Shown here one piece after another: positions 1 to 9,142 of a stretch of DNA of 27,561 bases. Source of the stretch: Acidobacteriota bacterium (lineage in GTDB: Bacteria > Acidobacteriota > UBA6911 > JACQSX01); contig DASXQR010000039.1 of NCBI GenBank assembly GCA_036507075.1, forward strand, positions 1 to 27,561, in the 5' to 3' direction. Made by a program: the position numbers and the translations under genes. Under the pieces are notes generated by a model that saw nothing but the letters and a program-made list of their open reading frames with translations, did no database searches and was not told the origin of the DNA. Position 1 is the first letter of the stretch; each line of letters starts with the position of its first letter.

Positions 1-30
1 AACTGGGTTTTTAACTGCAGTACCTCCTTG

Positions 31-76
31 TGTTTCATTGATAAAGATGAAACAATAAATTCCCCCCCCTTGTCAA
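31..76 (-). promoter_or_regulatory. Putative leftward promoter/operator: TTGACA on the - strand (71-76) plus palindrome TGTTTCAT-N8-ATGAAACA (31-54), followed by AAGGAGG
   Basis: Seen in sequence within an AT-rich segment. No clean -10 at 17 bp spacing and no clear start codon inside the window. Confidence 0.3.
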
Positions 77-88
77 TACAAAACTTCC

Positions 89-141
89 CTTAGCTGTCCA
101 TGGACCGTCAGGTTAGGATGGATAAATGTAGAAACTCCAGG
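89..141 (+). repeat. 53-bp repeat, copy 1 (inverted relative to 27509-27561)
   Basis: CTTAGCTGTCCATGGACCGTCAGGTTAGGATGGATAAATGTAGAAACTCCAGG is the exact reverse complement of the last 53 nt of the window. Confidence 0.95.
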
Positions 142-162
142 AGACGGCCCTCAGGCCGTCTC
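141..162 (-). terminator. GC-rich hairpin downstream of the nucleotide-sugar dehydrogenase; possible terminator
   Basis: GAGACGGCC-CTCA-GGCCGTCTC, a 9-bp stem about 30 nt after the stop codon. The U-tract is weak. Confidence 0.4.
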
Positions 163-192
163 TCCGCTAATCGAGCGGTATGAACTCGCTCG

Positions 193-1479
193 CTACAGTT
201 TATAGACCTTCGGATCCGAGATCTTCAGAGCGTTGCGCGTGTCCATGATCAAAGACGCGTTCTTGAATATCATCTTGTAATCAAAGGATGAGTGGTTTGT
301 CACGATCACAGTGATATCGGCAGACTTCAAGGCCCGTCTATCCAGCGCAATGGACTTGAATTTCTTTCCATCCATGCGAACAAAAGGGACGTATGGATCG
401 GAATAAGAGACCCGCGCGCCTTCCTGTTCCAGCAGGCGCATGATGTCCAGCGCCGGCGATTCGCGAACGTCTTCCACGTCCTTCTTGTAGGCCACGCCCA
501 CAATCAAAACGGAAGAACCGTTGAGGCACTTCTGAACATGGTTGAGCGCCTTGCTGATCTTGGTGACCACGTAATCGGGCATGTGGGTGTTCACTTCACT
601 GGCCAGCTCGATGAAGCGAGCCGTGTAGTTCAGCGATTTCAGCTTCCAGGACAAGTAAAGAGGGTCAATGGGAATGCAATGTCCTCCCAGGCCGGGGCCG
701 GGGAAAAAGGGCATGAAACCGAAGGGCTTTGTAGCGGCCGCCTCAATCACCTCCCATACCGGCACGTTGAGCTTGTCACACATGATTGCAAGTTCATTGA
801 CCAGCCCGATGTTTACCGCGCGGAAGGTGTTTTCGAGCAGCTTGACCATCTCCGCGCAGGCCGTCGAGGAGACGGGAATCACCTCGTCGACAGCTTGGGA
901 ATAAAGAGCGCAGGCGACCTCTGTGCATCGAGGCGTCGATCCTCCGATGATCTTGGGAGTGTTGCGCGTTTTGTACTTGGGATTTCCCGGATCTACGCGC
1001 TCGGGAGAAAATGCCACAAAAATCTCCTGGCCCACCACGTAGTCGCGAAAAGCCGGCAGCAGGATTTCGTCGGTCGTTCCGGGGTAAGTGGTGCTTTCCA
1101 GAACAACCAGCATATCGCGATGGAGATGTTCGCTGATCTTGTTGGTCGCTTCCAGGACATACGAAATATCCGGGTCCTTGGTCTTTCGCAGCGGCGTGGG
1201 CACGCAGATGCTCACAGTATCGAGATCCTGCACAGCCGAGTAATCGTTGGTCACCTCGAACTTTCGGCGGCCAACGGCCCTTTTCAGTACCTTGTCGGAA
1301 ACGTCCTGAATGTAGGACTTCCCTTTTCGGATCGCCTCCAGTTTGCGCGCGTCCGGATCGATGCCGACTACGTCAAACCCTGCGCGCACAAATTCCATGG
1401 CCAGCGGCAGGCCCACGTACCCCAGACCCGCGATGCCCACGCGGGCCTTGTGCTCCTTGATCTTAGTCAAGAGTTCCAA
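193..1479 (-). CDS. Nucleotide-sugar 6-dehydrogenase (UDP-GlcNAc/ManNAc dehydrogenase, WbpA/WecC/TviB family)
   Basis: Motifs GLGYVG, ICVPTP, ESTTYPGTT, FSPERVDPG, KLLENTFR, catalytic GGHC, and GVAYKKDVEDVRESP. TTG start with GGGGGA RBS. Confidence 0.93.
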   Translation of the reverse strand: MELLTKIKEHKARVGIAGLGYVGLPLAMEFVRAGFDVVGIDPDARKLEAIRKGKSYIQDVSDKVLKRAVGRRKFEVTNDYSAVQDLDTVSICVPTPLRKTKDPDISYVLEATNKISEHLHRDMLVVLESTTYPGTTDEILLPAFRDYVVGQEIFVAFSPERVDPGNPKYKTRNTPKIIGGSTPRCTEVACALYSQAVDEVIPVSSTACAEMVKLLENTFRAVNIGLVNELAIMCDKLNVPVWEVIEAAATKPFGFMPFFPGPGLGGHCIPIDPLYLSWKLKSLNYTARFIELASEVNTHMPDYVVTKISKALNHVQKCLNGSSVLIVGVAYKKDVEDVRESPALDIMRLLEQEGARVSYSDPYVPFVRMDGKKFKSIALDRRALKSADITVIVTNHSSFDYKMIFKNASLIMDTRNALKISDPKVYKL

Positions 1480-1532
1480 ACATCCCCCTGTAAAGATTCA
1501 CAACCTCACAAAAAGTGGCGTGTCATTCTGGC

Positions 1533-1588
1533 TGCCACGAAGCCACGAAGACACAAAGATCGTCATTTAGTTTGAAAGTGATCACTTC
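1533..1588 (+). repeat. Partial (left-arm) copy of MITE-like family A
   Basis: TGCCACGAAGCCACGAAGACACAAAG followed by TTTGAAAGTGATCACTTC, matching the left part of 5771-5908. Confidence 0.65.
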
Positions 1589-2529
1589 GAGACTCGCTCC
1601 CGGTACCATGCTACGGTAAGCTGCAGGCCGTCGCGAAAGCTAATTCGAGGTTTGAACCCGATCAACTGCTGCGCCCGTTCTATGGACGCCTGGCTGTGCC
1701 GCACGTCGCCGCTGCGTGCCGCCTCGTAAACGGGCCGGATCGAAGTTCCCAATGTTTCGTTGAGCATGCCGATAATCTGGTTGAGCGAAATCCGGTCGCC
1801 CAGGCCGATGTTCATCACCGCTCCGGCCGCCTTCGGAGAGCGAGCCGCCATGATATTCGCTTCAACGACGTTTTCCACGTAAGTAAAATCTCTGGATTGT
1901 TCGCCGTCGCCGTAAATCGTGGGAGACTTACCCTGCAGCATGGCAGTCACAAACCGGGGAATCACAGCGGCGTATTCGGACCGGGGATCCTGTCGCGGCC
2001 CGAACACATTGAAGTAGCGCAAAGCGGTCCACTCGACGCCGAACAGGTTGAAGAAAATCTTTCCGTACAGCTCGCCCACATACTTCTGCAGAGCGTAAGG
2101 GGAAAGCGGTTGGGGAGCAAAGTCTTCTTTTTTTGGAAGAACCTCCGTGTCTCCATATACGGAAGAAGAAGCCGCGTACACCACGCGCCTGACGCCTGCC
2201 GAACGGGCGGCGAGCAGAACGTTCAGCGTCCCGCTGATATTTACGTCATTGCTCTGCTTTGGCCGCTCCAGCGATTTCTGCACGCTGGGAATAGCCGCCT
2301 GGTGAAACACATGCTCCGCACCCCTGAAAAGACCGGGGAGCGCATCAGCATCCAGAATGCTGACGTTCTCAACGCGCAACCGAGGGTGCGAGCGAAACTC
2401 TTCGATGTTGGCCTCTTTGCCGGTGGAAAAATCGTCGATCAGCAGAACCTCGGCGCCTTCCCGCAGCAGGCGCTCAGAGATGTGCGAGCCGATAAATCCA
2501 GCGCCTCCTGTTACGATCTGAAAGGCCAT
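1582..2529 (-). CDS. NAD-dependent nucleotide-sugar epimerase (extended SDR, WbpP/UDP-GlcNAc 4-epimerase-like)
   Basis: Motifs TGGAGFIG, AASSSVYG, YALQK (YxxxK), LRYFNVFGPRQD and GDGEQSRDF. Start placed at ATG 2529 because the upstream ORF extension is repeat-derived. Confidence 0.92.
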   Translation of the reverse strand: MAFQIVTGGAGFIGSHISERLLREGAEVLLIDDFSTGKEANIEEFRSHPRLRVENVSILDADALPGLFRGAEHVFHQAAIPSVQKSLERPKQSNDVNISGTLNVLLAARSAGVRRVVYAASSSVYGDTEVLPKKEDFAPQPLSPYALQKYVGELYGKIFFNLFGVEWTALRYFNVFGPRQDPRSEYAAVIPRFVTAMLQGKSPTIYGDGEQSRDFTYVENVVEANIMAARSPKAAGAVMNIGLGDRISLNQIIGMLNETLGTSIRPVYEAARSGDVRHSQASIERAQQLIGFKPRISFRDGLQLTVAWYRERVSK

Positions 2530-2530
2530 A

Positions 2531-4441
2531 TCAACTACTTTCAAATGCGGAATAGGGAATGCGGAATGCGGAATAGGGAAATGACGCAAATGCGGAGTGC
2601 GGAATGCGGAATGTGGAATGAAAAGCTGTCAGTTGTGCGTTGTCCGTGGTCAGTTGCGCGCCGTCTTCTGACACTTCACCGCGGACCCACGAAGCGATCA
2701 ACTGACCGCTGACAACTGACCTCTGACCACCACCTAAAACCACTGCTGACTGCCACTGACAACTGACCACGGACAACGGACAGTTCTTTATTCCGCATTC
2801 CGCATTCCGCATTCCGCACTCCGCATTCCGCGTCATTGCCCTATTCCGCATTCCGCATTCGCCATTCCGCATTCGCCATTCCGCATTTGGTAGTATGTTA
2901 GAAAAATCTTGCCAAACATTGCGGTTGACTGAACCACTGGCTGGTTTTGAAACACGCGAGAAGTTCGCCAGATACTCAAGCACGCTGTCCTGGACATAAT
3001 CTGCCAGCCGGCTGGATTGTGTGAAATTATTCGCGATCATGCTGAATGCAACCAACTCCCCGTCCCGCGTACGCACGTAGCCTGAGAGCGAGCGCACATT
3101 GCCGATGGAGCCGGTCTTGGCATGCACATTATTTTCAGCAGCGGTTCCCTTCAGGCGAGCCTTGATGCTGCCATCGCGGCCCGCGACGGGAAGAAATTCA
3201 GAAAACTCGCTCCGGTAAGGTCGATGGTATGCAAAACGCAGCAGGCGAACCAGCATATCCGCGGTGAGGAAATTGTATCGGGACAAACCCGAACCATCCG
3301 CCAGGACATAGGCATCCTCCGGGATGCCGGCGCGGCCAAGCACCGCTTTGACCTGCTTGCTTCCCGCCTCAAAGCTTTTGAGTTTTTCCGTCGGGGCGAT
3401 CACCCGCACCAGCGTCTCAGCGTAAAGATTCTGGCTGATTTTCAGCATTACCCGCAGCACGTAGCGAAGATCCGGCGACTCATAAACAAACAGAGCCCGA
3501 GGGTTGTTTACATCCCCCGGCTGTAAGACTGCAAGCTCGCGCGGCCGGCCTTCAATCTTAATTCCCCTGGATTCCAGCACTTCCTTCAAAACAGTGACAA
3601 AATAGAGCGTGGGATTGGCGACGGCAACACTGCGCGCAAACGGCTTCTCACCCACGGGGACCGTGCCGCTCAGTACCACCAGATTCCCCGCGGAAGGGCG
3701 ATCGACGGCAACATCAAAGTCTTCCCCTTTGGCCACCGTGCGAATGCGATTCTCAAACTGAATATAGGAAGTATTGGGAATCAGTTGAACAGAGGCAGCC
3801 GCGCCGGCCTCGGCTGCCGGAGCGATTTTCACCAAAATAGTGTTTTCATTGAACGTCAACCCGCCGACGGGCGCCGCATAGCCATAGGCAAGATAATCCC
3901 ACGCCCAACCCTGTCCGAGATGCTTATCGTCGAAAATACGGGCATCACCGACTATGTCTCCCGATATGCGCCGGATACCCAAACCTTTCAATTTTTCGGC
4001 CCACTCCGAAAACGTTGCCAGCGGATCTCCCTGCTCGATATCTTCCGGATCCGGACTGGCGATGCGGGCGCCCAGAGTCGGATCCGCCCCACCGATGACA
4101 ACCAGGTCTCCTCCGAGCACACCTCCCGAGATGGTACCGGCTGATGCGATCGTGGTTTTGAACTTGTAATCAAGTCCCAGTCGCTCGATTGCTGCCACGG
4201 CAGTAACGAGCTTCATGTTGGATGCGGGCATCAGCCGCTTATCCGCGTTGCGGCGATACAGAATTTCGCCTGAATCCATGGACTGCAGCGAGACTCCCCA
4301 GAATCCGCGGTCGAAGGACGGATCATCGAAGAATGCATCCAGTTGCTGCTGCAGCCGGCTGACTGAGGTGTCGGTATTTTGAGCCGGGGCAGCCACTGCC
4401 GACGCCAGCACCAGCAGAACAAGGAATCTTTTCGGGCGCAT
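2531..4441 (-). CDS. dacB: D-alanyl-D-alanine carboxypeptidase/endopeptidase (PBP4, peptidase S13) with a repeat-encoded C-terminal extension
   Basis: Signal peptide from ATG 4441 (MRPKRFLVLLVLASAVAAPA). Motifs SxxK (PASNMK), SxN (SQN), DGSGLSR and KTGS. The homologous region appears to end near 2960 but the frame stays open to 2531. Confidence 0.88.
   Translation of the reverse strand: MRPKRFLVLLVLASAVAAPAQNTDTSVSRLQQQLDAFFDDPSFDRGFWGVSLQSMDSGEILYRRNADKRLMPASNMKLVTAVAAIERLGLDYKFKTTIASAGTISGGVLGGDLVVIGGADPTLGARIASPDPEDIEQGDPLATFSEWAEKLKGLGIRRISGDIVGDARIFDDKHLGQGWAWDYLAYGYAAPVGGLTFNENTILVKIAPAAEAGAAASVQLIPNTSYIQFENRIRTVAKGEDFDVAVDRPSAGNLVVLSGTVPVGEKPFARSVAVANPTLYFVTVLKEVLESRGIKIEGRPRELAVLQPGDVNNPRALFVYESPDLRYVLRVMLKISQNLYAETLVRVIAPTEKLKSFEAGSKQVKAVLGRAGIPEDAYVLADGSGLSRYNFLTADMLVRLLRFAYHRPYRSEFSEFLPVAGRDGSIKARLKGTAAENNVHAKTGSIGNVRSLSGYVRTRDGELVAFSMIANNFTQSSRLADYVQDSVLEYLANFSRVSKPASGSVNRNVWQDFSNILPNAEWRMRNGECGMRNRAMTRNAECGMRNAECGIKNCPLSVVSCQWQSAVVLGGGQRSVVSGQLIASWVRGEVSEDGAQLTTDNAQLTAFHSTFRIPHSAFASFPYSAFRIPYSAFESS
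2542..2889. repeat. 348-bp nested heptamer inverted-repeat element: outer (AATGCGG)n/(CCGCATT)n, inner TCAGTTG/CAACTGA-type units
   Basis: Arms 2542-2656 and 2760-2889 are imperfect reverse complements, including a perfect 19-bp pair (2638-2656 and 2760-2778). Confidence 0.9.
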
Positions 4442-4515
4442 AAAAAACGACCAATTTAGCACACAGCCATTTGAAAATTGAAAAATTCCCGGCGAGCCGG
4501 TAGTGTTGGCCACAA

Positions 4516-5757
4516 ATGGAAGCCTTCGAATACAAAAACGGCGAGCTGTGTTGCGACGGAGTGCCAGTGTCCTTCATTGCGCGGCAGTTAGGAACACCGT
4601 TCTATCTGTACAGCGCGGCCGCGATTGAATCCAACTATCTGGCCTTCGAGCACGCGCTGCGCGGCGTTCCCCATATGACCTGCTTTGCCGTAAAAGCAAA
4701 CTCCAACCTGGCGGTGTTGAATCTTCTCAAAGATCTTGGCTCGGGTTTCGACATTGTCTCCCAGGGCGAGCTTTACCGGCTGCAGCAGATTGGAGCCGAC
4801 CCTGCACGGATCCTGTTTTCCGGCGTGGGAAAAACCGACGAGGAAATCGCGGCGGCGCTCGATGTTGGCGTACTGGAGCTAAACGCGGAATCCGAATTTG
4901 AATTGGCGCGCATCCAGCAATTGGCCGCGGCGCGCTCCGTTAAAACCGGCGTGGCTCTAAGGGTGAATCCCGACGTTGACCCGAAGACGCACCCTTATAT
5001 CGCCACCGGCCAGCAGGTTCATAAATTTGGAATTTCCATGCAGGCCGCCGCGCAGATTTACTCGAATCCGGAGAAATATCCGCAACTGATTTTTTCGGGA
5101 ATCAGTTGCCATATCGGTTCGCAGGTTACCGATCTGACGCCTTTCCGTGACGCGATTGCGAATCTGCGTCGTCTTGTCCTCGAACTGGGCGAGCGCGGTC
5201 GAGCGTTGAAGTACCTGGACGTCGGCGGCGGGCTCGGAATTCAATACGACAGCGAGCAGCCGCCGTCAATCCGGGAATACGTGGACGCCGTGGTAGGCGG
5301 AACCCGGGACCTGGCGATGACTCTGCTGCTGGAGCCCGGCAGGCGCATAGTGGGAGACGCGGGTATTCTGGTAAGCAGAGTGCTGCTGACAAAGGCAAAT
5401 GATTTGAAGAAATTTGTGGTGATTGACGCGGCAATGAACGATCTGATACGCCCGACGCTCTACGGCGCGTATCACCGTATCGACCCGGTTCAATCCACAG
5501 CAGGCGCGCGGGAAACGGTGGATGTGGTAGGGCCCGTCTGCGAAACGGGAGATTACCTGGCCAAAGATCGTCCGCTTCCCGCAGTCAAGGCGGGAGACCT
5601 GCTGGCAGTGCGAAGCGCCGGGGCCTATGGCTACTGTCAGGCCAGCAACTACAACTCGCGCCGGCGCATCCCCGAAGTGATGGTACAGAATGGCGAGTTT
5701 CGGGTGGTTCGCGAGCGGGAAAGTTTCCAGGATCTGATCCGCCTGGAGCGAATTTGA
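4516..5757 (+). CDS. lysA: Diaminopimelate decarboxylase
   Basis: Motifs TPFYLYS, FAVKAN (PLP lysine), HIGSQ, DVGGG, EPGR, GPVCETGD and GAYG..ASNYNSR. Confidence 0.96.
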   Translation: MEAFEYKNGELCCDGVPVSFIARQLGTPFYLYSAAAIESNYLAFEHALRGVPHMTCFAVKANSNLAVLNLLKDLGSGFDIVSQGELYRLQQIGADPARILFSGVGKTDEEIAAALDVGVLELNAESEFELARIQQLAAARSVKTGVALRVNPDVDPKTHPYIATGQQVHKFGISMQAAAQIYSNPEKYPQLIFSGISCHIGSQVTDLTPFRDAIANLRRLVLELGERGRALKYLDVGGGLGIQYDSEQPPSIREYVDAVVGGTRDLAMTLLLEPGRRIVGDAGILVSRVLLTKANDLKKFVVIDAAMNDLIRPTLYGAYHRIDPVQSTAGARETVDVVGPVCETGDYLAKDRPLPAVKAGDLLAVRSAGAYGYCQASNYNSRRRIPEVMVQNGEFRVVRERESFQDLIRLERI

Positions 5758-5770
5758 TCGGCATCCAAAC

Positions 5771-5908
5771 TTGCCACGAAGACACGAAGACACGAAGGCC
5801 TAATCTTTTCCTTTGAAGTGACACTTCTCAGCATCTCATCCTGAATGCTGCAGAAGTGGCACTTCTAACTGAATCATTGAACTTCGTGTCTTCGTGTCTT
5901 CGTGGCAA
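5771..5908. repeat. MITE/REP-like family A, full-length copy (138 bp)
   Basis: Terminal inverted repeats TTGCCACGAAGACACGAAGACACGAAG and two internal GAAGTGNCACTTC palindromes. Lies between convergent genes. Confidence 0.88.
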
Positions 5909-5936
5909 ACCCGGTCGCGGTTCTATGGGTGCGGGT

Positions 5937-6833
5937 TCACATCTGCTTCACATCATGGCTGCGGGACAGCAGCTTGATCAATCCGTCGTCGCCCACCAGG
6001 TGTCCGGCGCCCACGACAATAAAATAGGTGTGCTCTTTGTTGAGATATTCTTCAATCCGCGCGGCCATCGTGTGATTGCGGTCTGAGATCAGCTTCTTGT
6101 AAATAGAGGCTGATGCAGGGGTTTCTTTGACCGCCTGATTCAACAACGCAGTGAAGCTTCTCTCGTCGCCTCTGAGCCAGGCATTCATCATCGAATCGAG
6201 ATTCTTCCCCACGTTCTCCAGGTCCTTCAAGGTATACAGGAGGAAGGTTTCCTGCTCTCGATCCGAGAAGCTGTCGAGTAACTCCAGTTGTGCCGACACG
6301 CTTTCCAGTTCCAGGATTTGCTTTTCACCCCTGGCCCGCTCCAGGAAGTGGCTGTCGATTCCGTTTTCCGGCGTAATGCCGAGGTTCTTCAATTCCATCA
6401 ACGTGAGCATGCTGGCGATGAACCAGGGTTTGAATCTCAAAAAATAAGCGGCAGGAAGCCCGCTTTCTTCCAGCTTGGAGGTAACCAGCTTCACCATCTC
6501 TTCTGAAATATGGTTTTCCAGCTTGTCATCGCCCTGATACAGGGCACGCGGCAGCATTTGGGAGGCCATCGCCAGCGGCGATTCCGCGTTGATATCAGCT
6601 TCGACAACCAACACGTCGGAATTCTTGAAGGCCTTTTCAATGTTGTCGCCGAGAGGGTAAATGTCAGACTTTGCCACGTGGACTGAGCCAAGAAGGTAGG
6701 CGGTCGCCTTGTCAGACTTGACCTTCCAGATGAAAGCCCGCCTGGCGCTGCGGCTGACGTTCTGAGCCTGAAGGGGAAGCAGCAAGGCGCAGATGAGAGC
6801 CAGACTTGCAATTCGAAGTTTTCGTTGAGTCAT
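5937..6833 (-). CDS. TraB/GumN (TIKI superfamily) exported protein
   Basis: Signal peptide from ATG 6833. Motifs WKV..D...YLLGSVH, GID, LES...QL, RN..MA and VVGAGHLVG. Confidence 0.88.
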   Translation of the reverse strand: MTQRKLRIASLALICALLLPLQAQNVSRSARRAFIWKVKSDKATAYLLGSVHVAKSDIYPLGDNIEKAFKNSDVLVVEADINAESPLAMASQMLPRALYQGDDKLENHISEEMVKLVTSKLEESGLPAAYFLRFKPWFIASMLTLMELKNLGITPENGIDSHFLERARGEKQILELESVSAQLELLDSFSDREQETFLLYTLKDLENVGKNLDSMMNAWLRGDERSFTALLNQAVKETPASASIYKKLISDRNHTMAARIEEYLNKEHTYFIVVGAGHLVGDDGLIKLLSRSHDVKQM

Positions 6834-6856
6834 ATTTGTTTGTCCCTGCAGCGCGT

Positions 6857-6955
6857 TTGCCACGAAGCCACGAAGGCACGAAGGATCACTTTTTAATTTG
6901 AAGTGACACTTCCGACTGAATCATTGAACTTCGTGTCTTCGTGTCTTCGTGGCAA
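6857..6955. repeat. MITE/REP-like family A, internally deleted copy (99 bp)
   Basis: Same TIRs and same ACTGAATCATTGAAC segment as 5771-5908, but only one GAAGTGACACTTC palindrome. Confidence 0.88.
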
Positions 6956-6961
6956 AGTTTT

Positions 6962-7285
6962 TCACTTAAAGATTCCCAACGCTTTGAGAGCGTTTTCCAG
7001 AATTAGTATGTACCCTTCACCTACCGCCACCTCTCTTCTTAGATTATCAACCTGGTGTTCCAGTTTGCCGCTCTTCTCTTCCAGCAGCAACGCCTGACGG
7101 TTTTTTCCCTGGAGTTGTCCTGCAAAAACGAGGGCGCGCTCGTATCGTCCCAGCAGTTCTTCGTAAACGTCGGCCGGCACGGATTCGGACTGGGAAGGCA
7201 TGATTCGCATTTCCCTTACCTGCTCGGCAGATCCGAATGGAATTTCTGCATCGGGGCCCGGCTGCTCAAAATCGTCGTCTTTCAT
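6962..7285 (-). CDS. Hypothetical protein with a C-terminal coiled coil
   Basis: ATG 7285 lies 7 nt after the upstream stop, with a CAGGA RBS-like sequence. Heptad-like LLEEKSGKLEHQVDNLRREV. Confidence 0.6.
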   Translation of the reverse strand: MKDDDFEQPGPDAEIPFGSAEQVREMRIMPSQSESVPADVYEELLGRYERALVFAGQLQGKNRQALLLEEKSGKLEHQVDNLRREVAVGEGYILILENALKALGIFK

Positions 7286-7292
7286 TTCCTGA

Positions 7293-8183
7293 TTACTCGG
7301 TGATCCATTCATAGGGGAGTGGCACAACCTGGCCCGGCTCTTCAGCCGTCTCCAGCAGTTGAAGCGCGTCCTTCAGAATGCGCATTTGCATAATGTCATC
7401 GGCTGCGGGCCCAAAAGTGTGACCAAACGGGTATCGCACCGACACGCATCGGGGCACGCCGATATGCTCAGTAATGTCCCTGCACAGCGAAACCGAAACA
7501 GTAGATATCCCCTGCTTTTCAATCTCTCGCTGGATGACGGCATCGGTCTGATGTCCCAGGCAATCACCCGGCGTGATTAAAACAGCCGTGATCTTTTCCT
7601 GTTTGAGCTTTTGAATGATCTCAGGAATGGTTTTTTCAAACAGCCGCTTCGATTCTGGAACATGACCCATCAGGCCGAAGTGATCCGAGGACGTTTCGGC
7701 AATGTAGGCTTCGTCCACTAGCTCGCGGACACGATCAATCGGAAACACGCAATTTATGTCGCTCTCAACCCGCAGGCTGTCCAGATAGCTGTGGGCGACG
7801 CGAAGGTCTGAAGTAGGCACGTCGGCCGGAATCAATCGATATGACCAATCTCCCAGCTCTTTGAACTTCTGTTCCAGCAGGCGCTCTGGCAAAACACTTC
7901 CTGCCACGCTGAAGGGTTTCTGTCCTTTTCGGAACACGCCCGCCGTCGTGATCATTGCCAGCTTGCAATCCGCCAGCCCCGGTCTAAATTCCGTCCACGG
8001 AACCGAGTCAAACTTGGGAAAATCAAAGCCGGGATGTTCGGCACGGAAGTGGTTCAGCCATGAATAGTTTTCCGCCAGCGTCTCCATGGCCTGAACCAGG
8101 GCCGGCACACTCAGGTTCTCATCGGCGTCTCGGGGAACCGTTGATTTCTTAGCGGGGGAAGGTCGATCGTCCCAGTCTTTCAT
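7293..8183 (-). CDS. Glycine/sarcosine/betaine/proline reductase selenoprotein B (GrdB/PrdB)-like protein with a variant active site
   Basis: Motifs LAMITTAGV, D.SYR.IP, DINCVFPIDR, HQT....REIEKQGISTVS, and PR...V.YPFGHTFG. GAGGAG RBS. Confidence 0.8.
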   Translation of the reverse strand: MKDWDDRPSPAKKSTVPRDADENLSVPALVQAMETLAENYSWLNHFRAEHPGFDFPKFDSVPWTEFRPGLADCKLAMITTAGVFRKGQKPFSVAGSVLPERLLEQKFKELGDWSYRLIPADVPTSDLRVAHSYLDSLRVESDINCVFPIDRVRELVDEAYIAETSSDHFGLMGHVPESKRLFEKTIPEIIQKLKQEKITAVLITPGDCLGHQTDAVIQREIEKQGISTVSVSLCRDITEHIGVPRCVSVRYPFGHTFGPAADDIMQMRILKDALQLLETAEEPGQVVPLPYEWITE

Positions 8184-8204
8184 TGTGCTCCTCAGATCGA
8201 ATAT

Positions 8205-9131
8205 TCAGTGGCAACTTCCGACGTCGCAGCGCACCATGTCGGGCTCCTCGACCTGAATCGTGGTGTGCGAGATGCGAAACTTGTCCTGTGTGAGCCGGCT
8301 CAGGTCTTTCAGAACCCGGGTTGGGTTTTCATCTTTGTCGATGACGGCGTGGCAGCTCATCATGTGAACGCCTGAAGTCAGCGTCCATACGTGCAGATCG
8401 TGAATGGACTGCACTCCCTGCACCGTCGCCAGTTCCTGTCGCATGGCGGTGATGTTGATGTGGCTGGGCGTGCCTTCCAGCAGCACTTCCACGGCTTCCT
8501 TCACTAGATGCCAGGAGCTGTACAGAATCAGCAGGCTGACCAGCACGCTGAAAATCGGATCGGCCAGATACCATTGGAACTTCCACATGATCAATCCGGC
8601 CGTCAGCGCGCCGATGGAACCGAGCACGTCTCCCGCAACATGCAAAAATGCGGCCCTGACATTCAGATTATCGCTCTGAGAGCTGCGCAGCACCCACACA
8701 CAGACCATATTGGCCAGCAGCCCGACGGCTGCCACGATAATCATCAGGCCGCTTTTTACTTTGGGAGGAAAAAGAGCGCGCTGGTAGGCTTCATAGATGA
8801 TCCATAGCGAAATCACGATCAGGGTGGCGCCGTTCAAAAGCGCGGCCAGGATTTCTCCCCGAAAATAGCCGTACGTTCTTGCCGGCGTTGCCGGCCTCTG
8901 TGAAAACCGGACGGCAAACAGGCTCAAACCGAGAGCAGCCACATCGCTCAGCATGTGGCCCGCATCCGCCAACAGCGCAAGACTGTTGGATAGATACGCT
9001 CCAACAGCTTCCGCAATCATGAAAACGAGGGTGATAATCAAAGCCCACACCAGCACTTGCTGGCTGGAGCGGGCAGAAGAAGTGGATTGATGCGAATCCG
9101 AACGGCCGGCGTGAGAGTGGGTGTGAGGCAT
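8205..9131 (-). CDS. Cation diffusion facilitator family transporter (ZitB/CzcD-like)
   Basis: His-rich N-terminus. Motifs SLALLADAGHMLSD, TYGYFRGEIL, AAFLHVAGD, HDLHVW and HTTIQVE. Confidence 0.93.
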   Translation of the reverse strand: MPHTHSHAGRSDSHQSTSSARSSQQVLVWALIITLVFMIAEAVGAYLSNSLALLADAGHMLSDVAALGLSLFAVRFSQRPATPARTYGYFRGEILAALLNGATLIVISLWIIYEAYQRALFPPKVKSGLMIIVAAVGLLANMVCVWVLRSSQSDNLNVRAAFLHVAGDVLGSIGALTAGLIMWKFQWYLADPIFSVLVSLLILYSSWHLVKEAVEVLLEGTPSHINITAMRQELATVQGVQSIHDLHVWTLTSGVHMMSCHAVIDKDENPTRVLKDLSRLTQDKFRISHTTIQVEEPDMVRCDVGSCH

Positions 9132-9142
9132 GGATGAGGGCG

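Noticed and set aside
2530..2589. Longer N-terminus of the epimerase (start 2589)
   Set aside because: The extension is translated heptamer repeat; the Rossmann motif begins right after ATG 2529.
292..2712. Long + strand ORFs 292-1575 and 1696-2712
   Set aside because: Antisense shadows of the well-supported dehydrogenase and epimerase genes, with no recognisable motifs.
7560..7570. TGA near the GrdB-like active site as a selenocysteine codon
   Set aside because: The TGA in GGT GAT is out of frame, and the frame is continuous and family-like on both sides without it.
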